DNA of 64,000 nucleotides from Massalongia carnosa (lineage: Eukaryota): assembly GCA_965645245.1 (NCBI GenBank), contig OZ287069.1, positions 992,001 through 1,056,000 of the forward strand, read 5' to 3'. The position numbers were made by a program, and so were the translations under genes. Positions 49,272-61,692 of this stretch are shown one piece after another. The notes under the pieces were generated by a model. It was not told the DNA's origin, ran no database searches, and saw only the letters and a program-made list of their open reading frames with translations. Numbering within the stretch: the stretch's first letter is position 1; each line of letters begins with the position of its first letter.

Positions 49272-51681
49272 CCGAATTATTTGGCAGACAAGACCCTGGT
49301 CTTATGGGTCAATTGATCGGCCGAAGGTCATTTGGGACAGGGTTTTATGGGCTATAGGGTCTTTTATATAGGGGGGTTTTATGGGCGAGGGGGCATTAGT
49401 CAGCCCCTATAAGCACGTACTAAATTTGCATCATGCACCCTGCTGAATTTCGTGCATTTTTGATCTACAAGAACAACGTTTTAGACTCCGTTCATCAGCA
49501 ATTCATTCATAAACTTCTTGTTATTATGGCTCCTCCTCATACTCAGAATCTTCTGCAGGCTTCAAAACAGCCCCGTCCTGGGCCTGCTGTGAAGTCTTCA
49601 AGTCTTCGTAGCATAAATCAGGCCCGAATTTCAAAGAACGTTTATATTCAGCCTTCCATGCCCACCGTACCAACCTCTTTTTCTGGCGATCAGGAGACTC
49701 AGCTTCTGGAACAGTTTCGTCTTCATCGCGAGGAGGAAGGTCACAATTTAATCGATAATGCTCCCGATGAGGAGGATGAGATGCGACGACGTATTTCCTA
49801 CATCAGAGAGCAGAAATTGGCTGCTATTAGTTATGCAGAGACTACCTGGAAGCAGCAAAAGAATGGAGGTTTAAAACTCATCAGTAAATATGCTGCAGCG
49901 GCGAATCTCGGAATTACCACTGCTATGTTTAAGACAGTGGATTAAAATGAAGACGCATATTGAAACACTTTCTAAAGGTAGACGAAAAGAAAGTGGAGGA
50001 GGTCCCTGTCAAGAACCTGAGCTGGAAAAGAGTCTTTTGGAATTGTTTAAAGAAGCTCGATTAGCTGGACGTTAAATCAACAAACGTTGGTTTATTCGTC
50101 AAGGACGCAAGTTGTACGGCGAAATGTATCCTCATAGAGTGATCAAAGTCACCGATAAGATGATTGAATATAGCGGGTTCAAATTCTCTGATGGCTGGTT
50201 TGATGGGTTTAAACGTCGAACTCATGTAGCTGTCAGAACTCCAACCAAAAAAGCTCAACAGGTAAATCATTCGTTGAAACGCCACGAAACATTTTGACTA
50301 ACCCGATTTGATGCATGCAAAGGTGCCAGAGAATTTTCGCGCTAATATTGAAAGCTGGTTGCAATTCAATCGTCGCAATTCTCAACCACTTTCACATCAG
50401 ATTCCTTTGCATGGAGGAGGCAGATATCGACTTTGTGACATTGGCAACATGGATCAAACTCCGATTGCGTACGAGTTTCTTCAGGGTCAGTGCTACGATT
50501 TCAAGGGAGCCAAAACGGTATGGGTGAAAACTCATCGATCTGGCTGGGACTACAGGCAAGCCACATTGATGATATATGTTTCTGCTGATGGCGTCAATCG
50601 CTGCAAACCCTTGCTCATTTTCAAAGGACAAGACGGGCCAAAAAACAGTCGAATCAGAAAAGAGATGACCATGTACGATTCGGGGGTAATTGTGCAGTGG
50701 AATGTGAAGGCCTACTGCAATGCGGAAGTCATGATTCGATGGCTAAAACAGCAATACAAATACGCTACTGTGGGACTGCATGACACTAACACACGGCGAT
50801 TTTTATCCTTAGATGTGTTTGCAGGTCAAAAAACGCAGGAGGTAAATTGAATTCAATCATAGCTTCATTTAATTAACAAATTTGCAGGTCAAACAAGCCT
50901 TTCGTGATTTAAACATCACGGCTTCTTTTATTCCTTCCGGTTGCACCGGTTATGTGCAGGTTCTCGATGTTGCTATCAATAAACCTCTCAAGACTCGAGT
51001 TTCCGAGCTGGCCGACATTCATTACGATGAAAATTTCGAGAGATGGAGCAAAGGATCCTACACAGTAGGTGATCGATGGGTTATGCTAACAAAATGGGTG
51101 GGTCAAGCGTGGAGAGAACTGCATACAAAACACGCTTCTCTCATTCGTCAAACATTTCGAAAGCTGGGGTTATCGCTCGCTGTTGACGGTTCAGAAGATG
51201 AAGAGTTGTCGATCAAAGACATACCAAACGTTCAGGTTGGTGATTGGGCGCTATCCGTCAATCAGGAGGACATTCAGGAGGTACGAGAGTCTGACTCAGA
51301 CGTGAATGAAACGATGAAGTCGGTAGAGGCTGAGAAGGTTGTCTCTGAAGACATGGAAATGGAATATGTAATGGAGGATGAATTGGAAGATGACGTGAAC
51401 GATCAGGAGGCTGTTTTTGATGTTGAAGTAACAGAACATGCAAGCGGTGATGAATTGAGTAGAAGAGGGGATTAAATTTCCGGTTCAATTGATTTCTAAG
51501 AAAGGATACATAAGCTTTGATGACGTTTGCATATAAATTTATGTATCTTTTCTTTCAATTCAAAAGGACCTGGTTTTATGGCCCAACCCCCCCTATGGTC
51601 AAAAATCAGCCAATCAGAACAGGGTTTTATGGGCAAAGGGGTCTTATACTGCAGGGGGGTTTTATATGCCAAATAATTCGG
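49272..51681 (+). mobile_element. pogo/Tc2-like DNA transposon with TA TSD
   Basis: TIR CCGAATTATTTGGCA at both ends; TA at 49270-71 and 51682-83; GGTTTTATG subterminal repeats. Confidence 0.93.
49526..51475 (+). pseudogene. pogo transposase (CENP-B-type HTH plus DDE_1) with two spliceosomal introns and one frameshift
   Basis: FKFSDGWFDGFKRR, NMDQTP, KPLLIFKG, LSLDVF, CTGYVQVLDVAINKPLK; introns 50262-50322 and 50842-50887; extra T near 49929. Confidence 0.85.
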
Positions 51682-52108
51682 TACTTCGTATGTCATTCCT
51701 CCGCAGAGATGAGTGCTGCGACTCTGCGAAGCATGCTCTCAATCAGCTCATCTATTATCTTTTCACAAATATTTCCTCATGTCTTCTACTAAATTTGCGA
51801 ACAACTTGAATTCAGCTTTGTCGCCCTTACTCTTTAAGAAATTGAAATCAGAATAAACTTTGTAAACCTTCTTGAGATAAATTCAAAGATTCTCGATGAA
51901 GTTTAAATCGAAGCTGTAGAAAAATCTTTTCATCACCTCGATTCCTCATTCCTTAAACCACGCCTTTGTTTTGTTTGCATTATGAATGAGAGCATTATTC
52001 TGCATGAAAACAAGATCGGACGATCATATCTCAAGCAGATTATTCTTCAAAATCTGTATGTAAACTTTGCTGAATAACCTTGCTTCTTAAACTCTCAATC
52101 CCGCTTCA

Positions 52109-52276
52109 TGTACGGAGTAACAGTGGTAATAAGTCACCTAAGCCACTGAGCCAAAAGGCTACTCTGGTAGTTCTCCTATGGAGACACTACCGCTTATTAC
52201 ACCACATATAGGTGCCCGGTACGTCACCGTCCTACTTAGGCGCTCATGTATACCAGTACTGAGTACCGCTGTAACA
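52109..52276. mobile_element. Solo-LTR-like insertion inside the Tc1
   Basis: 168 bp, TGTAC...GTAACA termini, higher GC than the surrounding degraded Tc1. No TSD is visible and Tc1 coding sequence is missing at this site. Confidence 0.5.
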
Positions 52277-53674
52277 TAACGATTTTTGCTCGCATTCCTT
52301 CGCACAAAGAATTCATCTGATCAAATGACAATTTTTCATTGTTTTATTGTTCAGTTCTCGTGTTTTCGTGCTGAATTCAGTCGGAGTTTTGTCAGAACGA
52401 AGATCAGTTTGAGCCGTTTCAAGATCATTCAATGAACTATTTCATTGTTCTTGAACACTTTGCTGAATGTCTGCTTGCAGATCTTCAATCTCAAGACTGT
52501 TTTAGCCTGATTTCAAGTCATTTTTAAATTGACTCGAACATATCGCAGCACAGATCTGATCGTCCGAGAAGTAACAACAGAAGATCGACCACATCGAGAT
52601 ATGTTTCCTTTTTGAGAAGGATGAGCTTTCTCTGCAAAAAGCTATGAATAGTGATGCGGAGGCGAGGCCTGATATCTGGCCTTTAGTGAACGTAGATAAC
52701 TCTCTCCGAAGGGTCTTATTGGCGTCAATGAGGGTCAATGAGCTTCGTTTGGGCATGATGATGATGAGGGGAAAAGGATGAGTTTTTGGGAGACGCGATT
52801 TTTCGCGAAAATTACGCGAATTGCCGAACACTTAATCATACTACTGTATCTTTCTCCGTTTCTCATTCATTCTCACAATCCACCCCTTTTCCCTACCCCT
52901 TATCCTTATTTCCACCCTCATCTTCAACTCCATCTCGTTTTCCCCTATTCCCCCATCCCCCATTCCCCTTACCATGCGAGCGGAGCAGCCCAACCGAACC
53001 CCTGCCACCCCCGGCCTCCCCGGATTGTGGAGGGTGTATGAAGAGGAGTTGGTTATTTATATAGGGATAAGAAGAAGAGGGGGGGGTGGATGGGATAGGT
53101 TATTGTGGGAGGAGGGGGGTGGGCGGGATGTAACTATGTACTTGATGTACAAAAAAGTGGGCAAGGGGCGCGTGGGTAACTAACAAGCTACTTTACATTT
53201 TCATTTAGTTTCGAATCCTATAGCTGACGTTTATCTCTCGACAGACGGGATTTCTCTTTTGGTTGGATTTTGTCTTGTTTAGTGGGTATGTATGTGTATC
53301 TAGAGGTGGGAAATGAGTACAGAGTAGGTCTTTCTCGTTCGATTGATTATCAATAGGTGTGTTTGGGGGTCCGATAAGTGCTTACGAAACCACCACGTTG
53401 AAATACCTACCTACCTCTGAATCTTGAGCTTTGGGTAGCTCCCTTCCCGTAATTTCCTTCTCGCCTTCGTCTCTGTTCTCGTAGCGCGCGGATATATATA
53501 CACACATACACACGGCACAAAAGGCGACGCGTGGGAAACCCATCACGGATGGATGGATGGATAGGGTTTCGACGAATAGTGAGGTTTGTGTAGAGGAGGG
53601 AAGGGCGGGTGTGAGATCTGAGGATGTTTCGTGGCAATGTCTAAGAATTCTAAATACACACGCGCCTAAGGATA

Positions 53675-55034
53675 TTATACCCTCTCCTCCACCCCCCCAT
53701 CTTTCTCCTCATCTCCCTGCCACCTGCGACCATTTATCCCCCAGCCCCAAAACATCCTCCCCGAAATCCCTTGCTTCTTCTCCGGCGACTTCGTCTCCTC
53801 CACCCCGCCATCCACCGGTGCCAAGTATCCCATCAGCTTCCACAGCGCTAGCTGCGCCTGCACCATATCTATCCGGCTCCACATGAGCGCCGTTTCTTTT
53901 TCGAATAGCTTCGGATAGAGATCGCGGAGGGATTCAAGGTGCAGGGGACCGAGGAGGTAGGGGAGGTTGTAGACTGGGATGTAGCGAGCGCGGTGGAGGA
54001 CCATGGCGTAAAGGGGTGGGTCTGTTGGGGTGGTGTGGATAGAGGTTTTGTTGTTTTTCTCCTGGATTTGATGGTTGTCGGATTCAGGATTCGAATCCGG
54101 TGGCTGGATGGGATCTGGATTTCCCATCCACAACATCGCTGCAGCGGAACAAGTGACCGGAATGCCACTAATGGTCTCATGTTCGGCACGTGATAAAAGC
54201 CTTGGCACCGCGTGCTTCAGCAAAGTCATGGCTTGCTTCCGGAGCTCTTCGAGCGTAAACTCATCCATGTCCTGGCGAAAGACGAGGTGATCAGTATTCA
54301 GCGCCCGGTTGGCTTTCCAACGAGCGGGCAGTGTGCGGCGGTAATTTATGCCTTTTTTGCTGGTGAGAAGTTGCAAAACGGTGTTAGAGGAGAGATAGTA
54401 GCTTCCAGAGGTGATGAGGGGTGAGAATCGGGGGGCGGAGGAAGTTCCCAAGGTTGACGGAATTGAGCCGGGTCTTTCTAACACCGGGGTCCTCCGACTT
54501 AGAAGTTTGGGGTTGGGTTTTGGGTCGAGGGAGATGCTAGGGAAATGCCAGGGGTCTCCAGTGGCAGGATGAATTGCAACACCGAAGGAAAGGAGGAAAA
54601 AACTGGGGAGGCGGGCGTCAGTGTAGCCACATTGGCGAACCGAGGTAGTTAGGGCTCTTGCTTTTGTATGTGTTAGCTATGGACCATGTATCCCAAGAGC
54701 AGACATGCCCCGGCAGGGGAGGGGGATGAATGAGGATACCATAGGGATTCTCCATTAACCTCTTCTCGTAGCCGGAGGGCTGCCCCCGCGGCCTGAGTTT
54801 GGGCTCTCGAAACCGTTTACGGGCGGACACCAGCTTAGGGTCTATCAGGGGGGAGAGTGGAAGATTGAGTGGCATCGTGATATCTTCATCCTGGATCGAT
54901 TGCTCGGTGGGAACTCCTAGAGTAGCCTCGGCGTTGTTGAAGCGCTGCTGCTGTGAGTTGGGGCCACTCGGAAGATAGCTCCATGACGATGGCAAGAATA
55001 AGGAACGTTTCGTTGCTGTAAGGTTCTTCCTCAT
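53675..55034 (-). CDS. Conserved fungal hypothetical protein, probably mitochondrial; 2 exons
   Basis: LPLSPLIDP..ARKRFREPK..LMENPY|ARALTTSVRQC..T.ARLPSFFL, VFRQDMDEF, IPVYNLPYLLG, LALWKLMGY. Confidence 0.7.
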
Positions 55035-55193
55035 CGCCCCCAAGGATGCGTTTGGATTTGAAGCGTGCTGAGAAAGGGGAACGGGTGGACATGGTTTGGG
55101 GCGCTACGGCGGCGCGGCGGAATTCGGTGGGATCTTGAACCTCAATCGAACATCACCACTGTCCTTTTCCTCCACCCAAAAGACAATCGCAAA

Positions 55194-56086
55194 ATGCTCA
55201 ATCCTCTCGTCTTCTCACCCTCAATAATCTCCGCCGCCGTTTTACGCAATGTCTCGAGATTGGGGCTGAGGCGGTTTTCAGGCCTTTCTGGGGTACAATC
55301 ACCTCGAGGATGGATTCCTACCCCATACGTAACAGAGACCGTGGTGCGTAGCGCGGCCAAATTTCCTATGGGAAGGACCCCAATGCTGACTCTCTAGGGA
55401 GGTGGTTGGCGCACACGTACGACTTAACCACTGTGAACAAGGCATGCGCCGAATGAAAGCTAACAATCCGCAAAAGATGACATATTCTCTAGACTGCTGA
55501 TGGTAACCCGCTCCTCCCAAAGCTCTTCTCCACTAACCTTAGCCCCCTCTAGGAACGCATCATCTGCCTTAACGGCGCTGTGGACGAAACCGTCTCGGCA
55601 TCCATCGTCGCCCAACTGCTCTTCCTCGAAGCCGACGCCCCCGAAAAGCCGATCAATCTCTACATCAACACCCCCGGCGGTAGCGTCACTGCTGGACTGG
55701 CTATCTACGACACGATGACGTACATATCGTCACCGGTGACGACGACATGCGTGGGGCAAGCAGCGTCCATGGGCTCGCTGCTGCTGTGCGGCGGGGCGGC
55801 GGGGAAGCGGTTCTGCCTGCCGCATAGCAGTATCATGGTGCATCAGCCTAGTGGGGGGTATTTCGGGCAGGCGAGCGACATCGCCATTCACGCCAAGGAG
55901 ATTTTGCGGGTGAGGGAGCAGCTGAATGGGATTTATAAGCGACATTTGACGCGGCCCCATTCGTTGGAGGAGATTGAGAGGTTGATGGAAAGGGACAAAT
56001 TCATGGGGGCGGAGGAGGCTTTGGAGGTCGGGCTGGTAGATAAGATCTTGCAGCCGAGGGTGATGGAGGGAGGAGAGGGAAAGTGA
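55194..56086 (+). CDS. clpP: Mitochondrial ATP-dependent Clp protease proteolytic subunit; 4 exons (two short)
   Basis: [73 protein letters not shown]. Confidence 0.95.
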
Positions 56087-56340
56087 GGAATCGATTGATC
56101 CAGAGAAACTGTCAAGGCAGTGGAGATCTTGATCTGTAATATCAGACTTAGGTTACGGTTGGGAAAAGTCAACGCTGTAGTGGTACATGGATTTCCAACC
56201 GAATGTCTTTGTAAAGACACCGAAAGGATTGAGCCCAACCATCCCCTGGGAAAACCGATATCCATTCCCCTATACGCCAACCTTAAATTTCCGCCTAAAG
56301 GCCCTTCTTCAAGCGCCAGACCTCAGGTGGAAAAAACCCA

Positions 56341-59300
56341 TCAAGGTAAGTAAGCTCCACCGGCCATAGCCAAATTTTGTCCGGTAAAGTGAACCTTGTA
56401 AACCGGGCTCTTCTTGGTCGGAAAGGCACTGATTTGATCCGAGGTGATCACCACATCTTTCCCTTTCTTCTTGCTCCCCCCGGATCCCCCCCCTGGCGGC
56501 ATCTGCGCACCTCCATCAATCTTTTGGCCTGCACCGCCTTCGCCAACCACCTTTCCTTGTCCGCTGGCATCGTTTGGCAAAAGGACGTCCCAAATTCGGA
56601 CCGTGCCGTCGGCGCCCCCTGAGATTAAAACAGTGGACTCTACACTCCAGCTGACTGACCAGATGCCCCCTTTGGCATGTCCACGCATGCGTTTGAGTAG
56701 TTTCCCAGGCCCCAAATCCCAGAGAATGATTGTGCCGGCATCATCTGCCGAAGCCAGGAGTTTCCCACTAGGGCTGCAAGCCATTGCGGTTATATTGCCT
56801 GCATGGCCTGTAAACATCCTAACAGGATAGCCGTTGGATACCGCCCACATTCGCACAATCTTGTCACAACTTCCGGTGAAGACGTAAGCGTTGTTGGGAT
56901 GAAAGCATACGGTGTCTACATCTTGATCGTGGCCCACAAAGATGCGAAGGTACGCTATCTGATCGGTTCTCCACAGTCGCGCAGTTCTATCGCCTCCCCC
57001 ACTCAGAAAGTAATGCCCAAATGGTCCCCAGGTCACGTCCCACACCGGACTGTCATGCCCATTGTAGATGACAAGGCAAGCCCAAGCATCCAACGACCAG
57101 AGGCGAATAGACTTATCGGCCGATGATGACAAGAGGAGTTTTGAGTGTGTCGAAGGTGCAAGCGGGTCTGAAGTCATGACAGCAGGAGAAAATGAAACGG
57201 CATAAACGGGTCCGGAGTGCCCAATAAGACGGCGTGATGCTGAAGGAGGTGCTGCTGGAGATCCAGGCACCGCGGACAGAGCGTCGCCTTCAAGGCTCCA
57301 AATACGAATATAATGTTCAGCCATGCCCGCCGCCACGAGTTTCTGATCACCTGAGAAGTCTAAACAGTTGATGCTATACGGTTGACAAGCATTAGCCCTA
57401 CTCTAATCATAGACGAAAGTAGATAGCTACCTATCATTCGTGTTGTGGAACGTAAACATAACCACGCTGATAAGAGGACCCACGCCTCCGGTTCTCCCAT
57501 CAATTTTGAATCTGTCGCGATTTTCCTTGATCTTCTGAACTTCCATGGCAACGTCACGAGCCAGGGATGATGGGAACGGAATGTCACTGCGGTTAGGTAC
57601 ATCTTCACTCTCTTCTCGCTTGATGTGCTGTTCGAAATGTTCCGTTAGCGTGGGTTGGCCCTCCATGGGAGGGTTCTTTGCATCTTCTTCCAATAACTTA
57701 GCCCGGACGTCACCCAAGAGATCCGCTTCCATTGGAAGAGGCCCAAGTCTTAGCCTCGTCAACACCGAAGAGCCAGCGTTTCGGTCAGTGTTTGCTGACC
57801 CAGGGTTATGCCCCGGGATTCCTTCGTCCTCTGCAGGAAAATCCTCGCCACCTCCGCGGCTTCGCTGAAGTACCCTTGTAAGACTATACTGTTCATCTGC
57901 AGCACGGTCGACTGTGATAACATTGAGGTTATTTTGAAGAATGCTAACAATAACCGCACCCCCATCCTTTTCTTTACTCTCCAAGAATTGCACAAGAGTG
58001 TAGAAAGCAACTTGGCTCAACGTTACTCGATATTTAGCCCCACGGTAGAGCTTAGCAATCTCGTTGCTGAGTACATGCTCTGGAAGGCTAATTGGCCCGA
58101 GTGCACGAAGGTCACTCTCATGTTCCGTTTCGAAGTGTGACTTGAAAGCATTGAAGAAGTTACGACTCTCTCTTGGGTAATAGTCGGAAACAAGGTTGAG
58201 AAAAGAATGGACAAACACTGGCCATAAAAGGCGTCGTAGGTCAGGCTGTGGCAATTTAGAATTGAGCAATAGCTATGAAATCTTCCTGACCTTGTAGATC
58301 TCCAAATTTTCTTCGATCCAGCTTCTCATAAGTTCTGTGGATTCATTCAGCACTGGGAGAAATTGTGCTTGTATAAATATATGCTCTGCTCAAAATACTT
58401 ACCTAACGCCTTGCCATATTTCAGCCCACCTGTTTCCTCGACTCGCGCTTCGATGGGTTTTCCTTCAACTTCTTGAGAAGCAGATTCTAGACGTAGCATT
58501 GCTTCTGTACGATTGTATCCCTTTTTTGACAGGTATTCAATAACCTGAAGATTGTTGTTAGCCATTGTGAGAGATGAGACAAGATGCAGAAAGACGCATG
58601 GGAGATGACAAGGATAAAATGTTCTATGATTAACACGAGAGATGCGTTGGAAATGAAACAAACAAAGCCATGGAAAAGTGTTGCGCTAGCAGGTAGAATG
58701 TTATGTCCAGCATGAAGTCTGTCGCGATGGTCACAGGGGAGCTATCTTCAAATTGAACCAGACGATAATTCTATGGTTGCACACCACTGGTTCATCGTTT
58801 AAATTCGAGCTCGAAGGCTTTTCTACTGCTTCGAGCAGCTTCTTGAGTTTTTCGTAAAATTTTTATATGTCCGGCACATGTCGCCCCAATGTGTGATCGC
58901 TATTAGTGCTTGAAAGACTAGCACTGCCTGGATTGCGCTCTGAGTGCTCACATTTGGACATTTTCAACCAGGATAAAAAGAAGGGTAACTCCTCAGGAGG
59001 GGTGGGAATGAGAACCTATGAAAACGTTGAATGGATCCAGGACTTGAGGATGAACAGCACTCATATTAAAACGCACATAGTCATGTGTGCTGCCGCGTAG
59101 GTAATAATGTACTTTCACGTTTTCTGGCCTTTATGCTGGATCTTTTTCAGATTTCGAGTCTGGCATCTGTTGCTTTATGTCTTATTGATCTTCAATCAAA
59201 GTGGCTGGTGAAAAGTCAGGTGCCTTTCCCGTGAGGCTTCCTATATCTCCTGACCACCGCATTGCTTATTTGCTAAGCATTTCCAATTCCGATATGGACA

Positions 59301-60255
59301 CCTTGCTGAGGAATTGAAATAAAGGATGGGCGATGAGATAGTTCCTGCGGGGTTGCCTATCGATTACGCTACCTCGCGTTTACTTTTCACTAGAACTGTT
59401 CTGATCTAAGAAGGAAATCTCAGAGAAATATCGGAGCCCAAGATTAAAGATGAGGCCACTAATTTTTCCACCAATATTTGTATCCTTTGCTTTACATCCT
59501 GTCGACCATCCACCGGTGTTTTTTTCATCTCGAGGTCGGAGTGGTTGAGAGATAATGGGATCCAATACGAGCGAAGAGATGCTCATTTTTCTAATACAGA
59601 GATCCGCGAGGCTCTAAGATTTTCCGGCCTAGAATCTTAGCTGAACCCATATGGAGGGTTCATTGCCTGATGATGTCTCTATTTTCAAATGATAGCCAAT
59701 CAAGCAAGGACAATGGATAAAAGCAAGAGTGGTAATGCTGCGATCTACCAAGTCGTTGTGTAAAGCAATAGCTGGTCCAGTAAGATTTGTCTAGTTCAGT
59801 GCAATGAATTACCCTTAGCAAGGGTTTCTTTTCGACTCTCTCAAGCTACTGGGTCGTGCTTGCAAAGATACATGACTACCAACTCTTCTATCGCGGTCTG
59901 TCTCGTTTTCAAGCTTCGAGTTCTTGGTGGAGTTGGAGCTAGTGTACTGATGATGAATGGCTAAAATGTCGAGATTGAAGACCAGGAACCGGGCACGAAT
60001 GCCATTGGATTTGAACAGAAAACAACATTTTGGAATTGCAGAACAGAAACAAGAGCTTTCGAAAAGACGAATTCAAATATGGCTTACACTTACAATACCG
60101 TTGAGATTGTGTTGCGACATACTTCCATTGCTTGCGCCGCTTCCGCCAGTTTGGGCATCGCTACTTCTTTGCTGAGGAGCCATCGGGTTGGAATTGCCAT
60201 TTGTTGGTTGACGAGAACCTGTATTACCACCGCTTCCAGGGAGCTGGCTAGACAT
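56341..60255 (-). CDS. TAF5: TFIID/SAGA subunit TAF5 (LisH, NTD2, WD40); 5 exons, with a 1549-nt first intron
   Basis: MSQHNLNGI|VIEYLSKKGYNRTEAMLRLES, LWPVFVHSFL, VQKIKENRDRFKI, WD40 repeats, FPTKKSPVYKVHFT. Assignment of exon 1 (60094-60255) is inferred. Confidence 0.9.
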
Positions 60256-60685
60256 AGCTGGTGGGATCTACTATGTTAGTCTTATCACCACGAGCATTAG
60301 TGAATTGATCTTAGTTTTCGTATTGACCAGAAGGATGAGGGTACGAAAAGAGGGTGGGCTAGATTAAATGGTAAGGACGGGGAAGTTAAACTCGTTCTTA
60401 GGGTGGTTAATGAGTCAATCAGAAAAGCGCGCTCTTGCGGCCTTTTCAGAGGCGTTGTGACGACCTCAACGGTTCAAGCCAACGGTTCAAGCCACAAACT
60501 CGAATTTGGAACGCATATGAATACATGCCTTTGTTAGGCATAGCGTAATCTATATATGCGGCAAGACTAACGTTCGCTAATCTACTACCCGTGTTCGTGC
60601 AGCGTGCTAGCCTTGCAAGGAGTAGTACAGTACTAGGACAACGATAAGTAGGTTTTACATCAAAACTCATCTTGTTCACACATGA

Positions 60686-60941
60686 TGTTGAATATCCAAT
60701 TCCTACCAGCACAATGAACACCTATCAGTACGATGAACGTAGCACCTACGGCTGCCCTAGATGGACAGATCATCTACGGAAACCGTAGATGCCGCATTAG
60801 GCTTAGTCCCAAGATAAGATAAGATCACCTCGCTTAGAAGGGGGTGACCAGTAATAGGAAAAGATTGTCCTTAACATCACGGTCATACATACCTTTATTA
60901 TTACATAGCCATATAGCCATAGTCATATACCTATTTCAACA
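60686..60941 (+). repeat. 5' LTR of the Ty1/copia element (256 bp)
   Basis: TGTTGAA...TTCAACA termini, immediately followed by a PBS. Confidence 0.85.
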
Positions 60942-60953
60942 GGTTATGAGCCC
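60942..60953 (+). promoter_or_regulatory. Primer-binding site GGTTATGAGCCC (half-tRNAiMet type)
   Basis: Matches the copia-type PBS complementary to the tRNA-Met anticodon arm; abuts the LTR. Confidence 0.85.
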
Positions 60954-61196
60954 GGAAGGGTGCTATCGATTTAAACGAATCGAAGCTTTTAATCCGCAGC
61001 TTCGCAGTGCAATCAGCTAAGCATCGTTCCTGTTCAATGAATCGTAGACACATGACTAAAATCTTTCTGTGTCTTTAGAAACGATCCCTCAAATCACATC
61101 AATCAGTTCTCTCTTCTATACACAGCGATTTCTTGTCAGAAGCACAAAAACTGCGTGTTAGAAAGAGCATGAACACATTGATCGTACTACACCGAA

Positions 61197-61692
61197 GCCC
61201 TCGGACACCAAAGAGCTTGCTAAGCTCGATGGTCGAAGGCACTCAAGTCCTCGGACACCAAAGAGCTTGCTAAGCTCGATGGTCGAAGGCACCCAAGTCC
61301 TCGGACACCAGAAGAGCTTGCTATGCTCGATGGTCGAAGGCACTTAAGTCCTCGGACACCAAAGAGCTTGCTACGCTCGATGGTCGAAGGCACCCAAGTC
61401 CTCGGACACCAAAGAGCTTGCTACGCTCGATGGTCGAAGGCACCCAAGTCCTCGGACACCAAAGAGCTTGCTACGCTCGATGGTCGAAGGCACCCAAGTC
61501 CTCGGACACCAAAGAGCTTGGTAAGCTCGATGGTCGAAGGCGCTCAAGTCCTCGGACACCAAAGAGCCCGCTAAGCTCGATGGTCGAAGGCGCTGAAGTC
61601 CTCGGACACCAAAGAGCTCGCTAAGCTCGATGGTCGAAGGCACCGAAGTCCTCGGACACCAAAAGAGCTCGCTAAGCTCGATGGTCGAAGGC
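61197..61692. repeat. Tandem array of 10 copies of a 50-bp unit in the copia 5' leader
   Basis: Unit GTCCTCGGACACCAAAGAGCTTGCTAAGCTCGATGGTCGAAGGCACCCAA; TCGGACACC recurs at 61201, 61251, 61301, 61352 ... 61652. Confidence 0.97.

Larger units (their letters stand above)
49098..52846 (-). mobile_element. Heavily mutated Tc1/mariner element hosting two nested insertions
   Basis: Imperfect TIRs (CACTAGTTGTGAAAAAGTCTTCGGCA / CAGTAGTATGATTAAGTGTTCGGCA) flanked by TA; minus-strand remnants MPKRSSLTLIDANK..RELS, I*SDE, LVFMQNNALIHN, *HTKY*. Confidence 0.85.

Noticed and set aside
58545..60093. Telomerase RNA inside the TAF5 intron
   Set aside because: The size is compatible, but I found no TAACCCTAA-type template on either strand.
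61197..61692. CRISPR-like array
   Set aside because: The units are contiguous 50-bp repeats with no unique spacers, lie inside an LTR element of a eukaryote, and no cas-like ORF is present.
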